Assembly (NCBI GenBank): GCA_051294905.1 | Contig: CM119373.1 | Location: forward strand, 24,738,001 to 24,802,000 | Direction of reading: 5' to 3' | DNA length: 64,000 nt | From: Botryllus schlosseri | Lineage: Eukaryota | Shown: one piece after another, positions 38,812-52,300 of the stretch | Layout of the letters: every line of letters starts with the position of its first letter | Numbering within the stretch: the stretch's first letter is position 1 | Made by a program: the position numbers and the translations under genes | The notes under the pieces: generated by a model | Databases searched by the model: none | What the model saw: the letters and a program-made list of their open reading frames with translations, nothing else | What the model was told of the DNA's origin: nothing

Positions 38812-39578
38812 GATGCATGTTTATGTAGAGGTATTTACAACAGGCCAGCATGCTGTAAAAGCGTGCATGCAACTATGTGCATTGCGCAGTGACAACAGAT
38901 ACCTTTTGATTATACTAAAGGTTTTCCCAATTGCATTACAGACTACATCGCAGTTACAGCATTGGAGAAATAATTGTAAAATGGGGCTGTTCAAAAACAT
39001 TTTTTCAAATTTTCCGGCTACTTCTTAAAATTGCTAGATTGCCTAAAAAATCAAATTTGGCTCAATTCCAACCAGTAGAAAGCAATGCTATGAAAGAAAA
39101 TTTTAGACTAATTACAAATAGAGATTTTCGAATTTTACCGGCTATCTCATGATATTGTTACATTGTGTAAAAATATGATTCATAGCAAATTTGACTCAAT
39201 TCCAACAAGAAAAAGTGACGTTATTAGAGTAGAATGTTTTGGATATGAAAAAATAGTCGGCTTACTACTATGTAATTATATTATATGAAAGAATTTCTCA
39301 CTAAGATACTCCATTTATTTTCAAATCCAAAATATTCTCCTCTCACATCATTGATTCCACTTTTTTCAAATTAAGCCAGATTCAGTGTTCCTTTTATGCA
39401 ACATAACAATTTTATCATGTAACCACCCAGTAAAATAAAAAAGAAGTTATTTTAGAACAGCCATATTTCACGAACATCACACAACATTAGCCATTCATTA
39501 TTACTCACGTGCACAATGCACATACTTAACAAAACGTCAAATGGACGAGGGGCATTGTGTGTTTTCACAGACAGCAGA

Positions 39579-39760
39579 TCAAATCAATGAGTTACACCTC
39601 AAAAATACTAATGTGGAAAGGAGATCCTCAAATATGTTAAGCGGCATGGCCGTAGAATGAATCCACATCTACTGAATACACGTTCCACTAGTGCACTAGA
39701 TGCAGGAATTGACAAGCATTTTTGAACCATACACTGAAGAGCATTAAATACTCATTCTTT
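39579..39760 (-). pseudogene. hAT transposase C-terminal dimerisation domain relic
   Basis: MVQKCLSIPASSALVERVFSRCGFILRP, then after a frameshift LSTLVFLRCN, matching the hAT dimerisation motif (LSIPASSAxVERxFS...LVFLxCN). Confidence 0.85.
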
Positions 39761-40805
39761 CTAGTCGCCAAAAATGCAAAGAATCATCGCCTTCAAATCT
39801 ACACATGAGCTTAATAGTCTCTTCACCATCTGAGTCATTTCATTGGTTCTAATTGAACTTTGATTCAATTGTTTGCTTGTATAATTGAAAAGTCTTGAGT
39901 ACTTTAATTGCAGAGGATCTATTACCTCTTCATCACTGGACGATTTTGTACAATGCATTGCTACTATGTATCATTTTCTGTTGTTTTTACGGCGGAATAT
40001 CTGATATCAGACAAGTACAACGAAAGCAGTGGTGACAAATAGCGATGTCGGCAGAATTCGTCGGATGCGTTGATCTAGCCATTATGATTCGCAAATTTCT
40101 TCATCTTCAAGTCATATAAAATAAGCCGAGTCAATGACTTGGGTCGAGTCATGCGTAATGACTCGAGTACAAGTCGAGTCAATCCAAATATTGACTCGAG
40201 TCGAGTCGAGTCATTTTCCCATTTCAAGAAAATGACTCGAGTCAAGTCGAGTCATAAAAAAATCGTGACTCGAGTCTGACTCGAGTCGAGTCATGACTCG
40301 AGTCATTACAACCCTGATGGATACCAAACTTTAGTATCATGTCTCCCGCGAGCTGGCGCTACGGCATCGCTATTCAACATCGAGCGCGAACGTACTAGCC
40401 AACCGAGTCAAATTTGAGTGACGATGTCGAGTCCGCGATTACCTGGACACATCACTCATATTATCGTTTGGCCTCGTAAAACATTAGTGTGGTCCTTGTC
40501 CTTTATTGACGATTCCGTGATTGTGTGAGTGCAAAATGCACCGCTGACAATCTGCGATACATTACCAACACATCCTCACTTCAAATAGACGTTACCGCGC
40601 TTTCTCACATAGGAGAGACTTGCGATTGATCAATGTTTATTTTGGATTTGGGGTAGCGCCGTTATGCTAGATCTTTGAAGCTACGCAATTCTGCCATCTG
40701 TCACTGTCTGCAATGATTTGGCAGGTGAGAATTTCTACCATATAACGAGGACAGTTATTCTGGACTCATCTGTTGTTGTATGAATGAACAATGAAGACAT
40801 TAGCG

Positions 40806-41928
40806 CAGGGGTTGGCAAACTACGGCCCGCGGGCCGCATGCGGCCCGCAACACCGTTCTGTGCGGCCCGCGAGAGTCTAAAAAACTTTTAAAAAATATTG
40901 ATAAAATGCGTACTAAAAATCGAATTAATGCAGGGACTTGATTAACTATTTCTTAGTATATTTCACCATGATAATTCTAAGACAGTGGTTCTCAAACTGG
41001 TGGTCAGACCCCCCTTGGGGGCGTGAAAGCATCTGAAGGGGGCGCGAAGCTGAGCGCAACTGAAAAAAAATTTCGCGCTCCGCGCGATTCACATCCAATT
41101 CAAAGTTATTGCTCTGTATTTAGTCTGATGAATTACATATTCAAAAATCTCTCATCCACAGTCGTAACCTTCCATGCCGTCAAACTACCCGTTAGGTTGG
41201 CTAGCATCCTGGTTGCGTTTTGTGATATGACGATAAGGGGGCGCGAAATCTTTCACCGTCATAAGGGGGGAGGGGGGGATGCGTGTCTTAAAAAGTTTGA
41301 GAATCACTGATCTAAGGTAAATACTTAATATCACAGCAGGATAGCTGCAACGAGATTGACATAATTTGGATCACGATTGGGATTTCAGATTGGACACTCT
41401 ATTTTTAATTATTTCAGTGTTGTGTTTATAAAAAACGATTCGGGCGTGTCTTAGGTAGCTTCGTTTGTATGCGTAGGATTTGGTATTTATATTTTATCTA
41501 CACATAGTAGAAGCCTGTTTGAAGCTAACCTGGTTATGATGCTGTCAGCATTGTGAGTCCTGGAACTGAACCAAAAGTGGAATTAGTAAATCTATGAACA
41601 GATCGCTGCTCACAGATTTAAATTTCAATCCTGTTCTAAGAATCGGGCCAACCGACTTTCATCTCTATAGTTTTGACAAATTGGTTATTTAGGTTCGCCA
41701 GCCTATGAAATCTCGCGACTATATGTTTCTGACGCGTGTACGATATCATCAAAGCAATGTTTGACTTGTTTTAAATAAGCACTTGCGTATATTATCTCCA
41801 TGTCCTCACTATATAATCAAATATCAATATCGCGTTTTCGTTTATAATCCCAATTTTATATGGTGCGACCCGCGAATGAATTCAGATGTTGAATGCGGCC
41901 CGCGAGCTCAAAAGTTTGCCCACCCCTG
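40806..41928. mobile_element. hAT-Charlie-type MITE carrying a nested MITE
   Basis: TIR CAGGGGT(T/G)GGCAAAC; GGCCCGC subterminal repeats; perfect TSD CATTAGCG at 40798-40805 and 41929-41936. Confidence 0.92.
40983..41309 (+). mobile_element. Charlie-type MITE, ~327-bp family, copy 1 (nested)
   Basis: CAGTGGTTCTCAAACT ... AGTTTGAGAATCACTG; TSD TTCTAAGA/ATCTAAGG (6/8); homologous to 42392 and 63680. Confidence 0.88.
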
Positions 41929-42391
41929 CATTAGCGTGTGAGGTACCAGAATTCAATGATAGATGTGTGCATACCGTTTTAATTGCTGTATTACAAACAT
42001 GGTGAAATAAAATCATGTTTACTCCTGGCTAGTTGCTTTGTATTCGATTTCGAACATATAGTGTGGAGATAGCTGGATTCCACGTCTGGTGTGTCTTAGG
42101 TATGGACAATTGGACATGGACACTGGTACTATGATAAACCAGATAAAAAGAAACTGCTCAGGAATGCGTTAAAGATATAGCTACATTTCGCTCACACTCT
42201 AGTAACGCGCCAGTTGCTCAAGGTGTTCGCAATGTGTCTGTCCATCATTGAAGGGGTTTCCTTGGTTTCGTGCACTTGGTTGCATTGAAATTTGAGTTTA
42301 AGCCTTGCCTACTTTTTACTGTATTGACATTCATATATAAACTTGAATGAAAACCCGAATGGATGAGGATGAATATATACACATTCTGCCC

Positions 42392-42718
42392 CTGTGGTTC
42401 TTAAACTGGGGGGGCGCCTGCCTTGGGGGCGTGAAACTAACTGAATGGGGGGGGGGCGATGTCGCAGTTAACTGAAAAATCGTTCGCGCCAATCGCGATT
42501 TACATCCAACTAATGGTGTGTACTCTGTCTATTGTCCGAATTTCATATTTGAGAAGACTCTCATCGATAGCCATAACCTATGATGCCATCAAACTATCCG
42601 TTGGGATGGCTTGCATTCTGATTTATCTCTTTTTTATTTTGTGTTATCGCGATAACGGGGGCTCGATATTTTTCGCTATCAAAAAGGGGGCGTGTGTAAA
42701 AAAGTTTGAGAACCACTG
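42392..42718 (+). mobile_element. Charlie-type MITE, ~327-bp family, copy 2
   Basis: CTGTGGTTCTTAAACT ... AGTTTGAGAACCACTG; TSD TTCTGCCC/TTCTACAC (6/8); internal homology to copies 1 and 3. Confidence 0.85.
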
Positions 42719-45689
42719 TTCTACACCTTCACCATTTTCTAACACCGATATAAATGTCGCTTGATGTCACTCGTGCATTTGAGATTTGATGGTCATGACT
42801 CATGCTCCCGATGGGCCGAGAAAATGAAGAGTGACGATCCTTTTAGGCTAGTGGAAGGAGAGTTACGTCACATTGTTTTTGCTCATCTGCGAACGTGCAA
42901 TAACACGTAAAGCCGTGATTTTAGTAGGCTGTGTATAGGCCTATATGTATATATATATAACTGTGGTATGTTTCCTCCTCCTTGTCTTTAGTATTCACGC
43001 ATTAATAATTTATCACATAATGACCTATATTTTTGTCGTGCCATAAATCTGGCTATCACCTGCCACGACCATTTGGACACAATTCCAAAATCCTCCATCC
43101 GCAATGTTATCGATGAATATTCGCCAGTATATGGAACGCGATACGTGAAGATTCAGTCGTCTATAATGAAATATCATGTATGTCACATCGGAGAGGACGT
43201 GACGTAACGTAGGGTCGCACCTATACATTAGGTCATTATCAATATCAGGGGGATCGACTAGAGCTGATTATTTAGAATATCAAACTTATGCGTTGCACCA
43301 AGATAAATTTATGTCCTCGGTTCGGATATGATTATCACTTCGCGAAGGTTATGTGCATTGTTAGTGAATGAGATAATAGCAAAATGGGACCAGTGGCCCC
43401 ATTTCTCATGAGATTAAGGGTAACTGCAGTAAGATTATATCCATTATCGCAAAACAGATAGATTCTAATACTGTTCATCCTTTTCATCGTTTTTATACGT
43501 CCCCATTGGTATGGAACTCAAATGGTTGACTCGACGTTAAGTCCAATATACTGATTTTCTCTTTGCCTGAGAGTTAATGCAAAAGATTTGTCTGGAATAA
43601 ATTTTCTAATATTCTGTACATCTAGAAGTGTTATCAGCACTAAACACTCAATTAGAGATCGCTTCAACCTATTACAAACTTAATATATTAGCTTTACCAA
43701 ATCCACGGTAAATTTGATGCCTGAGGAAGAGGCACTGCTGTACAACTTGATACGGGCAATTCTACAAGTAATTTACTTTCCAGTTGACGTGATGTTCCTA
43801 ACATCATATTTAATTTTTGATTAAGCGATACAATCAGATTGATTATCGCCGTATTATTATATTTCTCTGAAATTACGGCTGCCTTAACAATGTAATCAAT
43901 ATAATTTGACTAGTTAGCGTCGAAGGGGTCGTGAAGCGCGCCGGGTCCATGCTCGCCAAAATTCTGGGCAAAGTATACCGTTCTCGGTATGCAAAGGAAA
44001 TCAGACTGCGCTTACCGGTAATTATGTCTCGTGATTAATGTGAAATCGCGAATTGCGATGATAATTAAACGGAATTAAATCATTACTCTATTATTTTATG
44101 GCTTGCAATCTGTGAAAATCCCATGTTCACTAAACGAAACATTACAATGCTCCGATAAGAGCAGGTATTTGGATTTGCATTTGAAAATGCGGAAATAGAG
44201 ATTGTCCAAGGAACGTATTCCTCCTACGGATAACGGTATATGCCTCAATTCCGGGTTTTTAGGCCAGAGAATTGCAGTATCGACCGAATAACACTTTTGA
44301 AAAACATAATAAAATGTTGAGTTTATGATAACTTTACAATGTTAAAAGTTAAAAACCTTGATTTTACACCACACGTCAGTGCCGTTCATACCAACATGAT
44401 AGCGTAATGATAAAGTGTGGCTGTCCTGCTTCCGGGTTAACCGGGTGTCACCTAAGACTTCACTTTAAAACTGATATCCTCGGCTGGTCCGTTAGGCCTG
44501 CTGCACTCTGGCCAGCATCGAGAGGAAAAGTGATAGTGTTGATTCGATAACCTAACAGTTCTTTCGTCCGAGCAATACGGTATTGCAGATAAATATGAAT
44601 TTAAGTATCACGTTATCATGAAAGCACCATCTTTACAGTGCCTTAATATCAATGCAATGCGAAACATTTATAAACTTGACTTTCCGATGTTCCTCTATCT
44701 TACTGTTCGAAGAGCTTCTCATGTGTTGTAAAAAAGGCCTATAGGCTTGACCGCTAGATCTTTGGGCGGTCGTGTTTACATTTTGTAGGTAAATTTGCAA
44801 GTGATATTGACTATAATCATCGCGGCATTTACACCTTAAGAGACCCGGTTCCCACGCCGCCCACGAATTCCAGGCGTCATTCCAACCACTGAGGGTGCCA
44901 TCTGCCAAATTCTCTTGTGATCACTTTTCTGCGAAGAGCGCGAGAAAACTTTCCGAATCCGCAACTCTCGTCTGTTTACAGATGGTTCGCATTCTTTTGT
45001 CATCATTACCTGGGCTAATTACCAGTTGTCCCGGTGCCGTACGTCAGCAGGTTTCTGGTAATATTGTGGTAAATAAATCAAATGTAAATGTCGCGTTCGT
45101 GGCCTTTTAATTGGACGTTGTGCAATTAGTTAGAACATGTACCCTCCGATGTGCACAGTGACGTATCTAAAATTTCGAGAAGTCATGATTCTTCGCGAAA
45201 ATTAACTTCAACGGTCGCAACCCATAGTCACCAAAATAAGTATCAGTACCGGGGGCTATGAAAATTTCGTCATATTTCGTTATCGTTGGCGGTACTTGAA
45301 TATATTTTATTTAGAAGGGTGGTTGAGATCTTCTTCCCCCTTCAGCATCACGAAATCATTACAACAACGGATCAATCGACTGATTTCATTCATCCGCATC
45401 TTGACTTGGCTGCTGTGTTACGCCAGATATATATCCCGTCGCATTTGTCCCATTTCCGCGGCCTGCATTGTAAGTACGTGAGATAAATTAGGTGTATTTC
45501 AATAAACTTTCTAGCAGAGGGTAGGGTGAAAACAGGTCTCCTACACTTTCTGGTACCAAATTATGATTTCACTACTGGATTAAACGAATCGAATACAAAA
45601 ATCATTATGGAGATATATTTTAGGTCTGACCGGCACTGGATTATAGCGGATGCCGCCAGTGGCAGGGCTGAGTGGTCGAATATATAGGT

Positions 45690-46350
45690 CAGGAGTCACC
45701 AACACATGACCCGCGGGACGCATGCTGCACCTGAGGTCGTATTTTGCGGCCCGCCACCTGATTTGAGGTTTCGGAAGACCGCTTGGTAAGGGGTTTAAAA
45801 TGCTGAAATTGGTTTCATTTTAAAAATACTGTTGTTTTTCAAAATGTAGAATTCGGTATCAGACAGGAATGCTCGATACGATCTTGATGATCAACTAGAC
45901 TGATCACTCCTGCATCAAACAGGTACACTTGTTTACATACAGTCTGGCTGTAAAATGTTAGTCAAGAAAAGAAAATAAAAAAGGAGTTTCAAGCCGAGCG
46001 AGGATGTAGTTCTTCAAGAAATATCGTGTCTAGCTAAAAAATGATCCATTCTTTAGTCGCTGAAGACTGAAGAGTCTTGTCAGTCATTATGCTCTACTCA
46101 TAGTTCAAAATAGAATCAAAGTGATTTTCATGATATTATTGTTGTATCTGTATTTCTTTAATAAAGTATATTTTCTTTTGTGGTCCGTTGCCCATGTGGG
46201 AGAGCACAGCGTTGTACTGACGTATAGTTTTAATAACGTGGTTGTTAAGCTGTGAGGCTTATTTTTATCTGGATGCTGAATTCATGCGGCTCGCGGCCTC
46301 TGCGAAATTTGAAAAATGGCTCGCGACCCGTTTTGAGTGTGTGGCCCTTG
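45690..46350. mobile_element. Old Charlie-type MITE (~660 bp)
   Basis: Left CAGGAGTCACCAAC..GACCCGCGGG..GCGGCCCGCC; right GCGGCTCGCG..GGCTCGCGACCC..GGCCCTTG; ATATATAG on both flanks (left copy offset by 2 nt). Confidence 0.6.
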
Positions 46351-49300
46351 ATATATAGATGGATAGTTGTCCAACACTTTTCCCACGGCCAATGCCGATT
46401 GCAAATCTCGAGGAAAGGGGGATGTAAAGTTGATTGGTAACATCGCCAATTAGGTATAAAGGACGTTTGACGGTTTAACGCAAAAAAGACTGCGTTGATA
46501 TCAGCCTCGATAGTTACCGCATCCGCTATGATCTGGCATTCATCAAGGCTTCCTACAAAAGAATTATAGCAAAGCCGGTAATTATCTGGCGGTTACAAAA
46601 TTTAAGACTTGATCTACAACAGAAGTATTAGTTAATCGAAGCCTTTGATCCTCATTCACTTCTGTCTTGATAAGGTAAGACACTTTAGTGTTCGATACAT
46701 GTAACGTATCGCCTGTCAATCATCAACATCCTCTTATTCTCCAACCGCAAAATGGAGTTAATATGATGGGCTGTTAAGTGAAACGATGGTCTATAATTTG
46801 ATTGATCGAAATTGCATTACGTAGTGTTATATGAATAGGGAAGATGATTCTGCACATCGTTAGCACCGGCCAGCATGCCACATGGCGTCTCTTCGGTGTG
46901 GGTGTGTCGTAGGTTATCCGTCAATATTTTATTTTTGCTGTAAAATCTATCTTGATATTATCTGTAATGTTAGATGTAACTTGTAGGTATCTCTCGCGGA
47001 CATAATGGATAAATTACCCTGTCACGTGTCACCATGTGTATACGTGCATTAAATCCGTCAGCAAACTCTCTAGGCATCTTGATGTCACAATCCGAAGATC
47101 ACGACACGAATGTTTGCAAAGGTGTCTAAATACGTGGCAGGGTCGTTTCATAGTCTAAATTGAATAACCGGCCAAAACTCGTAATCAAAATTCGACTTCA
47201 ATTCATGAAAATCTACAATCCAATTTATTAGGTTCGAAATACAAATATATCTTCAGCCGTGCTACTTATTGTGCGCAAAGTACCTCATTGCCAAAGAGAT
47301 TTCGGTCCATATCCAATCACTTTGATCTTAAGTCTTATATAACCATTCATCCAATCGTTATTTGATCATAGTTTTATCGATTCAACAATGCCACCATTCA
47401 CGTCTACTATGATAAGAATGTAATACTTCCAGAGCCGTGAAGTGAAGGTATATTGATAAATTTATTCGCCATAAATCGAATTGTACTCAACGGATTACAT
47501 CACACGCTCATAACGAAATTAGAATTACGCAATGTGGGGAAGTTTTGCAGAAGCTTTGTCGTAATTCTCACAGTTAGTCGCAGTGGATTTTATCGGGGTC
47601 AAGTGGGAAGTCTGGATAAAAATAGACTACACTTTCACACAACGGCTCAGTCGGCTTCCCAATTTCACACGAGTTGGTTTACTTAGGCGCAAGTAGTTGA
47701 TGAATTATCATTCGCATGTTGATTCAATTGCCTTTTAAGATGCTAGATATCCGGTTGTAGAGCAGGCAATTTATAACAGTTCCACTCAAAGATCCGCGGT
47801 GATTTACGGTAAATTGTCTCGCGCAAAATAAACTATCGCGGTGATTTGTCTTGACGATAACCATGTTTAGGGTATAGCCGTATAAACGTTTAATATATAC
47901 TTGGGAAGAACGATTCAGACCTACTTCGAAATCACCAGCACGAAACCGGTTCCAGACATATACCAAACATATGCAGTAATTTATTACGCACTGCATGAAT
48001 TGCAGTGACGACGTTGGACTGAATTCTAAAACTGCACCTATCCCACTCCACGAGTTTTGCAATTTTAAGAAACAATAACCACAGTCCCTCTCATCATATG
48101 AAAACAGATTATGGTGAGTGCTAATATGCAATTCGCATAATCAAGATATTGTGGTTGCATAGTTATTGCTGTTGCTTAGTATCATGGTTTTGGACATCTA
48201 CGCAGATTTCACAACGGGCTGATTTTAGAATATTGATTACTACTGAGCAACCGATCTATCGCACGGCCGACTTTCGTGTAAAGCTTTTGACAGACATCAT
48301 CAATGCCGATCGGAGGGTGATGAAGAGCAAAGATGAACTACCAGCACGGTGACATTTAGGGCGTAGAACGCTATCGGACGATCGATGAATGTACCACAAC
48401 GTTACTCGCCAACACATTTCAAGGATGTAAATCCCCTAGCATTTTACATGGGTACAACATTGTCGCCTTTGCATCTTTTTTCACGATGTTAGAGGGAATA
48501 CGTTCTACTTATGATATTGCGAAATCGACTACAGGTCGCAATAGGATTACAAAGTCTCCACTTCGTCCACGCGTAGAATGCTATACATATCAGCGATATG
48601 AACTACCATCACGGATGTAGTATATTCTTCATTGTACGTACGGGACTGTATGTTACGCTTTTATGAATGTTCCAAGGTCCCCACCGTGGTGTTCGATCTT
48701 GGGCGTGAATCCATTCATCCACTGCAGACGGGTTCTAGCATAGATTTTGAAATGACCTTTCGATTTTGCAATAATTTGAGCACAAACTTTACATGAATAT
48801 TCAACATATTTTTCATGTCGCAATTTAATATGGTTAGACTAGTATGGCGATGGATTAGTTTTGTTCTAGCGGTTGACGCTAAATATATCTATTAGTCATT
48901 CTCGGTTATTCGTATGCTGAACACTCGTTCTTGGTGTCAGCTGTCCTATAAAGTCGACATTCAATTCTCCAAATAAGGGTATACTGTATGTATACATCAC
49001 CAGCTGTTCCCTTGATAATGAGGGTCGGAATCCCCTTCTGCCTACGTCACAAGAAACCGCAATAAGTACCTGTACACGTGATTCGCCTGCCAATTTCGCT
49101 AATTGGAATCCCACATTGTTGAAAAAGGCCAGTGCCGTGATGTTTGGATGGTTGAGATTACGTAACTCCTTTAGATTTCCTTGAGATGGTATTGCGCAAA
49201 AAACTGATCAACTTCTTGCAACACGCACTGAAATCACAATTTATCGCTTCTGACTTTATCACACCTGATAAAGTATTCTCATAGATATCGTTCTTATGAT

Positions 49301-52300
49301 AATAAACAATATCAGCGGGTAATGCAATTTCATGTACCAGCACAGAAATGTTTTCGGTCTGACGTAGAACGGAGTGTAATAATGTTATACATAACACGGG
49401 CTAACAGACACGAATATAAAGTTGTCATAAAGGTATTCTAGCGCAAAATATTATGGTTTGGTAATTAAAGTAATGAAATCAGTACGATGCTTTTGATACA
49501 CAACGACATTGACGAACTTCGTTCGACAACACCCTGTCTACTTTCTTGATACTATATATAGATTTTATTATTTATACTATCGCCTTTCATATTCCAATCC
49601 TTCACTTATACTTCTTTAAATAATTAAAGTATTAGTATAGAGATCACGTCCATACTGACCATATCGGTGGTTGCTGAAAAAACCTGAAACATACATCTCT
49701 ATATGGGAGTGTGATGAAGCATATTAGTAATTCGAAATCTTTAAATGATGCAGATAACATGCTTCACAGCAGGTCTAATAAATCCCACAATAATTAACGC
49801 AAGTTACCAGTATACGGAATTGTGTTTGATCAACTATTCAATAGTTACTATCGTCTTCATTGTCAGCATGAGTCAAAGGTAGTTTGCTTTTTACACTGTA
49901 AGAAATATTCATCATCATCGTTGCATTGACTATTGAAACGTCATTGCACTTGTGCACTCTTTTATTAATAGTACCGTTACCTATAATTACTCTAAGATTG
50001 TGGCTCCGGAAAAGAAAAATGTGAATGGCCAATTCATTACGTCATCGATAATTCCAATTTACCAGCTCATATATTTTAAAACAAACTGCTAGCTGTAATA
50101 GCGCTTTACCGTGAAGGTCTTTTTCTAAGACGCGCGTGACTACATCTACATCTTAACCACCACGTTAAACGAATTCCTAGAAAGACACTTTGTCAATTTA
50201 ACGACCATTGTCACAGATAGGTCGAAGACGAAAAAGGTATCCCGGTATTTGATGCATGCCCCAAGTATAGATCGTACACGAGGCTGACCGAAATCTTGCG
50301 TTCTTCATGATGTAAATATGTGCCACTAAATCGGTCTTGAATTATATAGACCGAAATTACATCGATGACTTTATAATATAAGCGGTGTGCATTACTCATA
50401 TACAAGTCATGGGGCTTTTTCATTCTGCGCGGAAATTCATACTAAATGGAATGGTAGAACTAGCGCATCGGCTGAGGACCAAAAAAAGATCGCTCACACT
50501 GCCATGGACATTGGACACCTTGGAATCTGAGTGCAAGGGCAAATGAATATTTTCGTCTTTCTGATGCCGAGGAAGAAAAGCGCCAGCAATCATACGTAAC
50601 CCATAAAGATGTAACAGTGATACCACGGGCAGACTCAAGACCTTGGGGTTTCACAATTTTAAGTCGATATGGAATGAGCACTTAGGCAGTACGGAGAACA
50701 GAAACGGGACAAAGATATCGACGATACCATCCAGACTTCGAAACGTGAATACCCATCACGAAGAGATGAATTTATTCCGTGTCGGATTACCAAATGAACA
50801 TTACACACTGAGTGATCATCTTACTCCAATTGATGCTTCTGATTTATTGTACTCGGTTATTGTTGCTCACGAGCTGTATTCCTGCTCTGGAACATCGGTA
50901 CCGGACACTGAACAACATTTCGCAGAGAAACTATGTTATATAATATTATATTATATAACGAGTGCAATTCCTGACTTACACTAATATTCCACAACATGCA
51001 TCGATTTCGTATAGCCGCCAATAATGTATAAGTTCTGAATGTCGTATAACGCATGGCAAGAGTAAATCGAATTGTGTGGATTGTTGAAATCAATTAGCGT
51101 GTGATGCAAAATTCTTTTGTTTCCATAAACATCATACCACGATTTTATCAATAAAATAATAATAAATTCTGCTTATACCTCCTCACGGTGTGTGTTATTG
51201 CCGGACCATTGGTCTCACGTTTTTATTTCGAACCTTCATGTATAATTTCAGGAAATATCTTAAATATAAAAACAAAATATATCTGTATGCACTCTACTGA
51301 GCAACTGCTCCATATTGATGAATATTATTTTATTCCCGAATGATGGTCCAATGTTGGACATTGACGAATGCAAATATCAAGTTATAGTTTCTACGAAGAT
51401 TCTTTTTTCTTTATACCCAAATGGTGTCAGTTGTGATATGTAATAAATGAAGTGCACTATTTTACATTAGTCATGGATGAAATTATCTCTAATTTAATTG
51501 TGTAACAAAGTGTGCATTTTGTGATATTCAGGGCGTACCTGGTTCTGTTGTCGCTTGAAAAAAAATTGAGTATATCAACTCATTAACACGCCCAACACAA
51601 ACACTCAGCTCATTGAACATTTCCTCCACACTCTGCAAACGCAAAACAATACAAAACGAGATTTGAACACGCATTGATGAACCATTACCGTTTCCGGTAC
51701 AAGTTATAAAAATTCATTTCAAAATGATCATACCTGTTCAACGATACAAAAATCTTGCATCGTCGTTGTCACTGACAAAGTATGGACAGACTTGTCGTCT
51801 CTAATTCCAATGATTTCGCTATCGGGAATCTTAGGCCGTTGTTTCTTAGTCTCATTAACAGTGTTAATGATAATGTTGGCGTTCGGTGTATTCCGCGAAT
51901 GTGGGCCTTACCACAGCACGATCTTAGCCATCTGACGTCAATGGATTCAGCGAATCCCGCTCTAAATTGCAGACAAAGTTAATGTTTCGCTAATGAGCAG
52001 CGCGAATTGCTACCTCCGCTTCTCAGACTTGAGAGATAATAACACGCTGTACACATTTTTCGGATAAGAGAGAATGATGTGAAAACGGTATTCTGTCTGT
52101 CTTCTTTGAAAAATCTATTACCATCCCTTTGTCGCTTCCCTTAAACGGCTAAATTTTGTCCACTAAACTATTGCTTTTGTCTGGAAACAATACGATTTAG
52201 CATCAATCAGCACTGTATAGTGACGTAGTGCGATCACCTGGGTTTTGGTAATCACCTTGCTTCCCTGAAAGATAATATTGGATATCCTGAATTCTTGTAG

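Larger units (their letters stand above)
38273..40316 (-). mobile_element. Internally deleted hAT transposon (2044 bp), same GACTCGAGTC lineage as 693-1673
   Basis: 11-bp TIR CAGGGTTGTAA; perfect TSD ATGGATAC at 38265-38272 and 40317-40324; subterminal arrays nearly collinear with element 693-1673; carries a transposase C-terminal relic. Confidence 0.92.

Noticed and set aside
50440-50550. NGMVELAHRL as a retroviral-type integrase core remnant
   Set aside because: One short partial match to NGxVERxHRTL; no flanking integrase motifs or LTRs.
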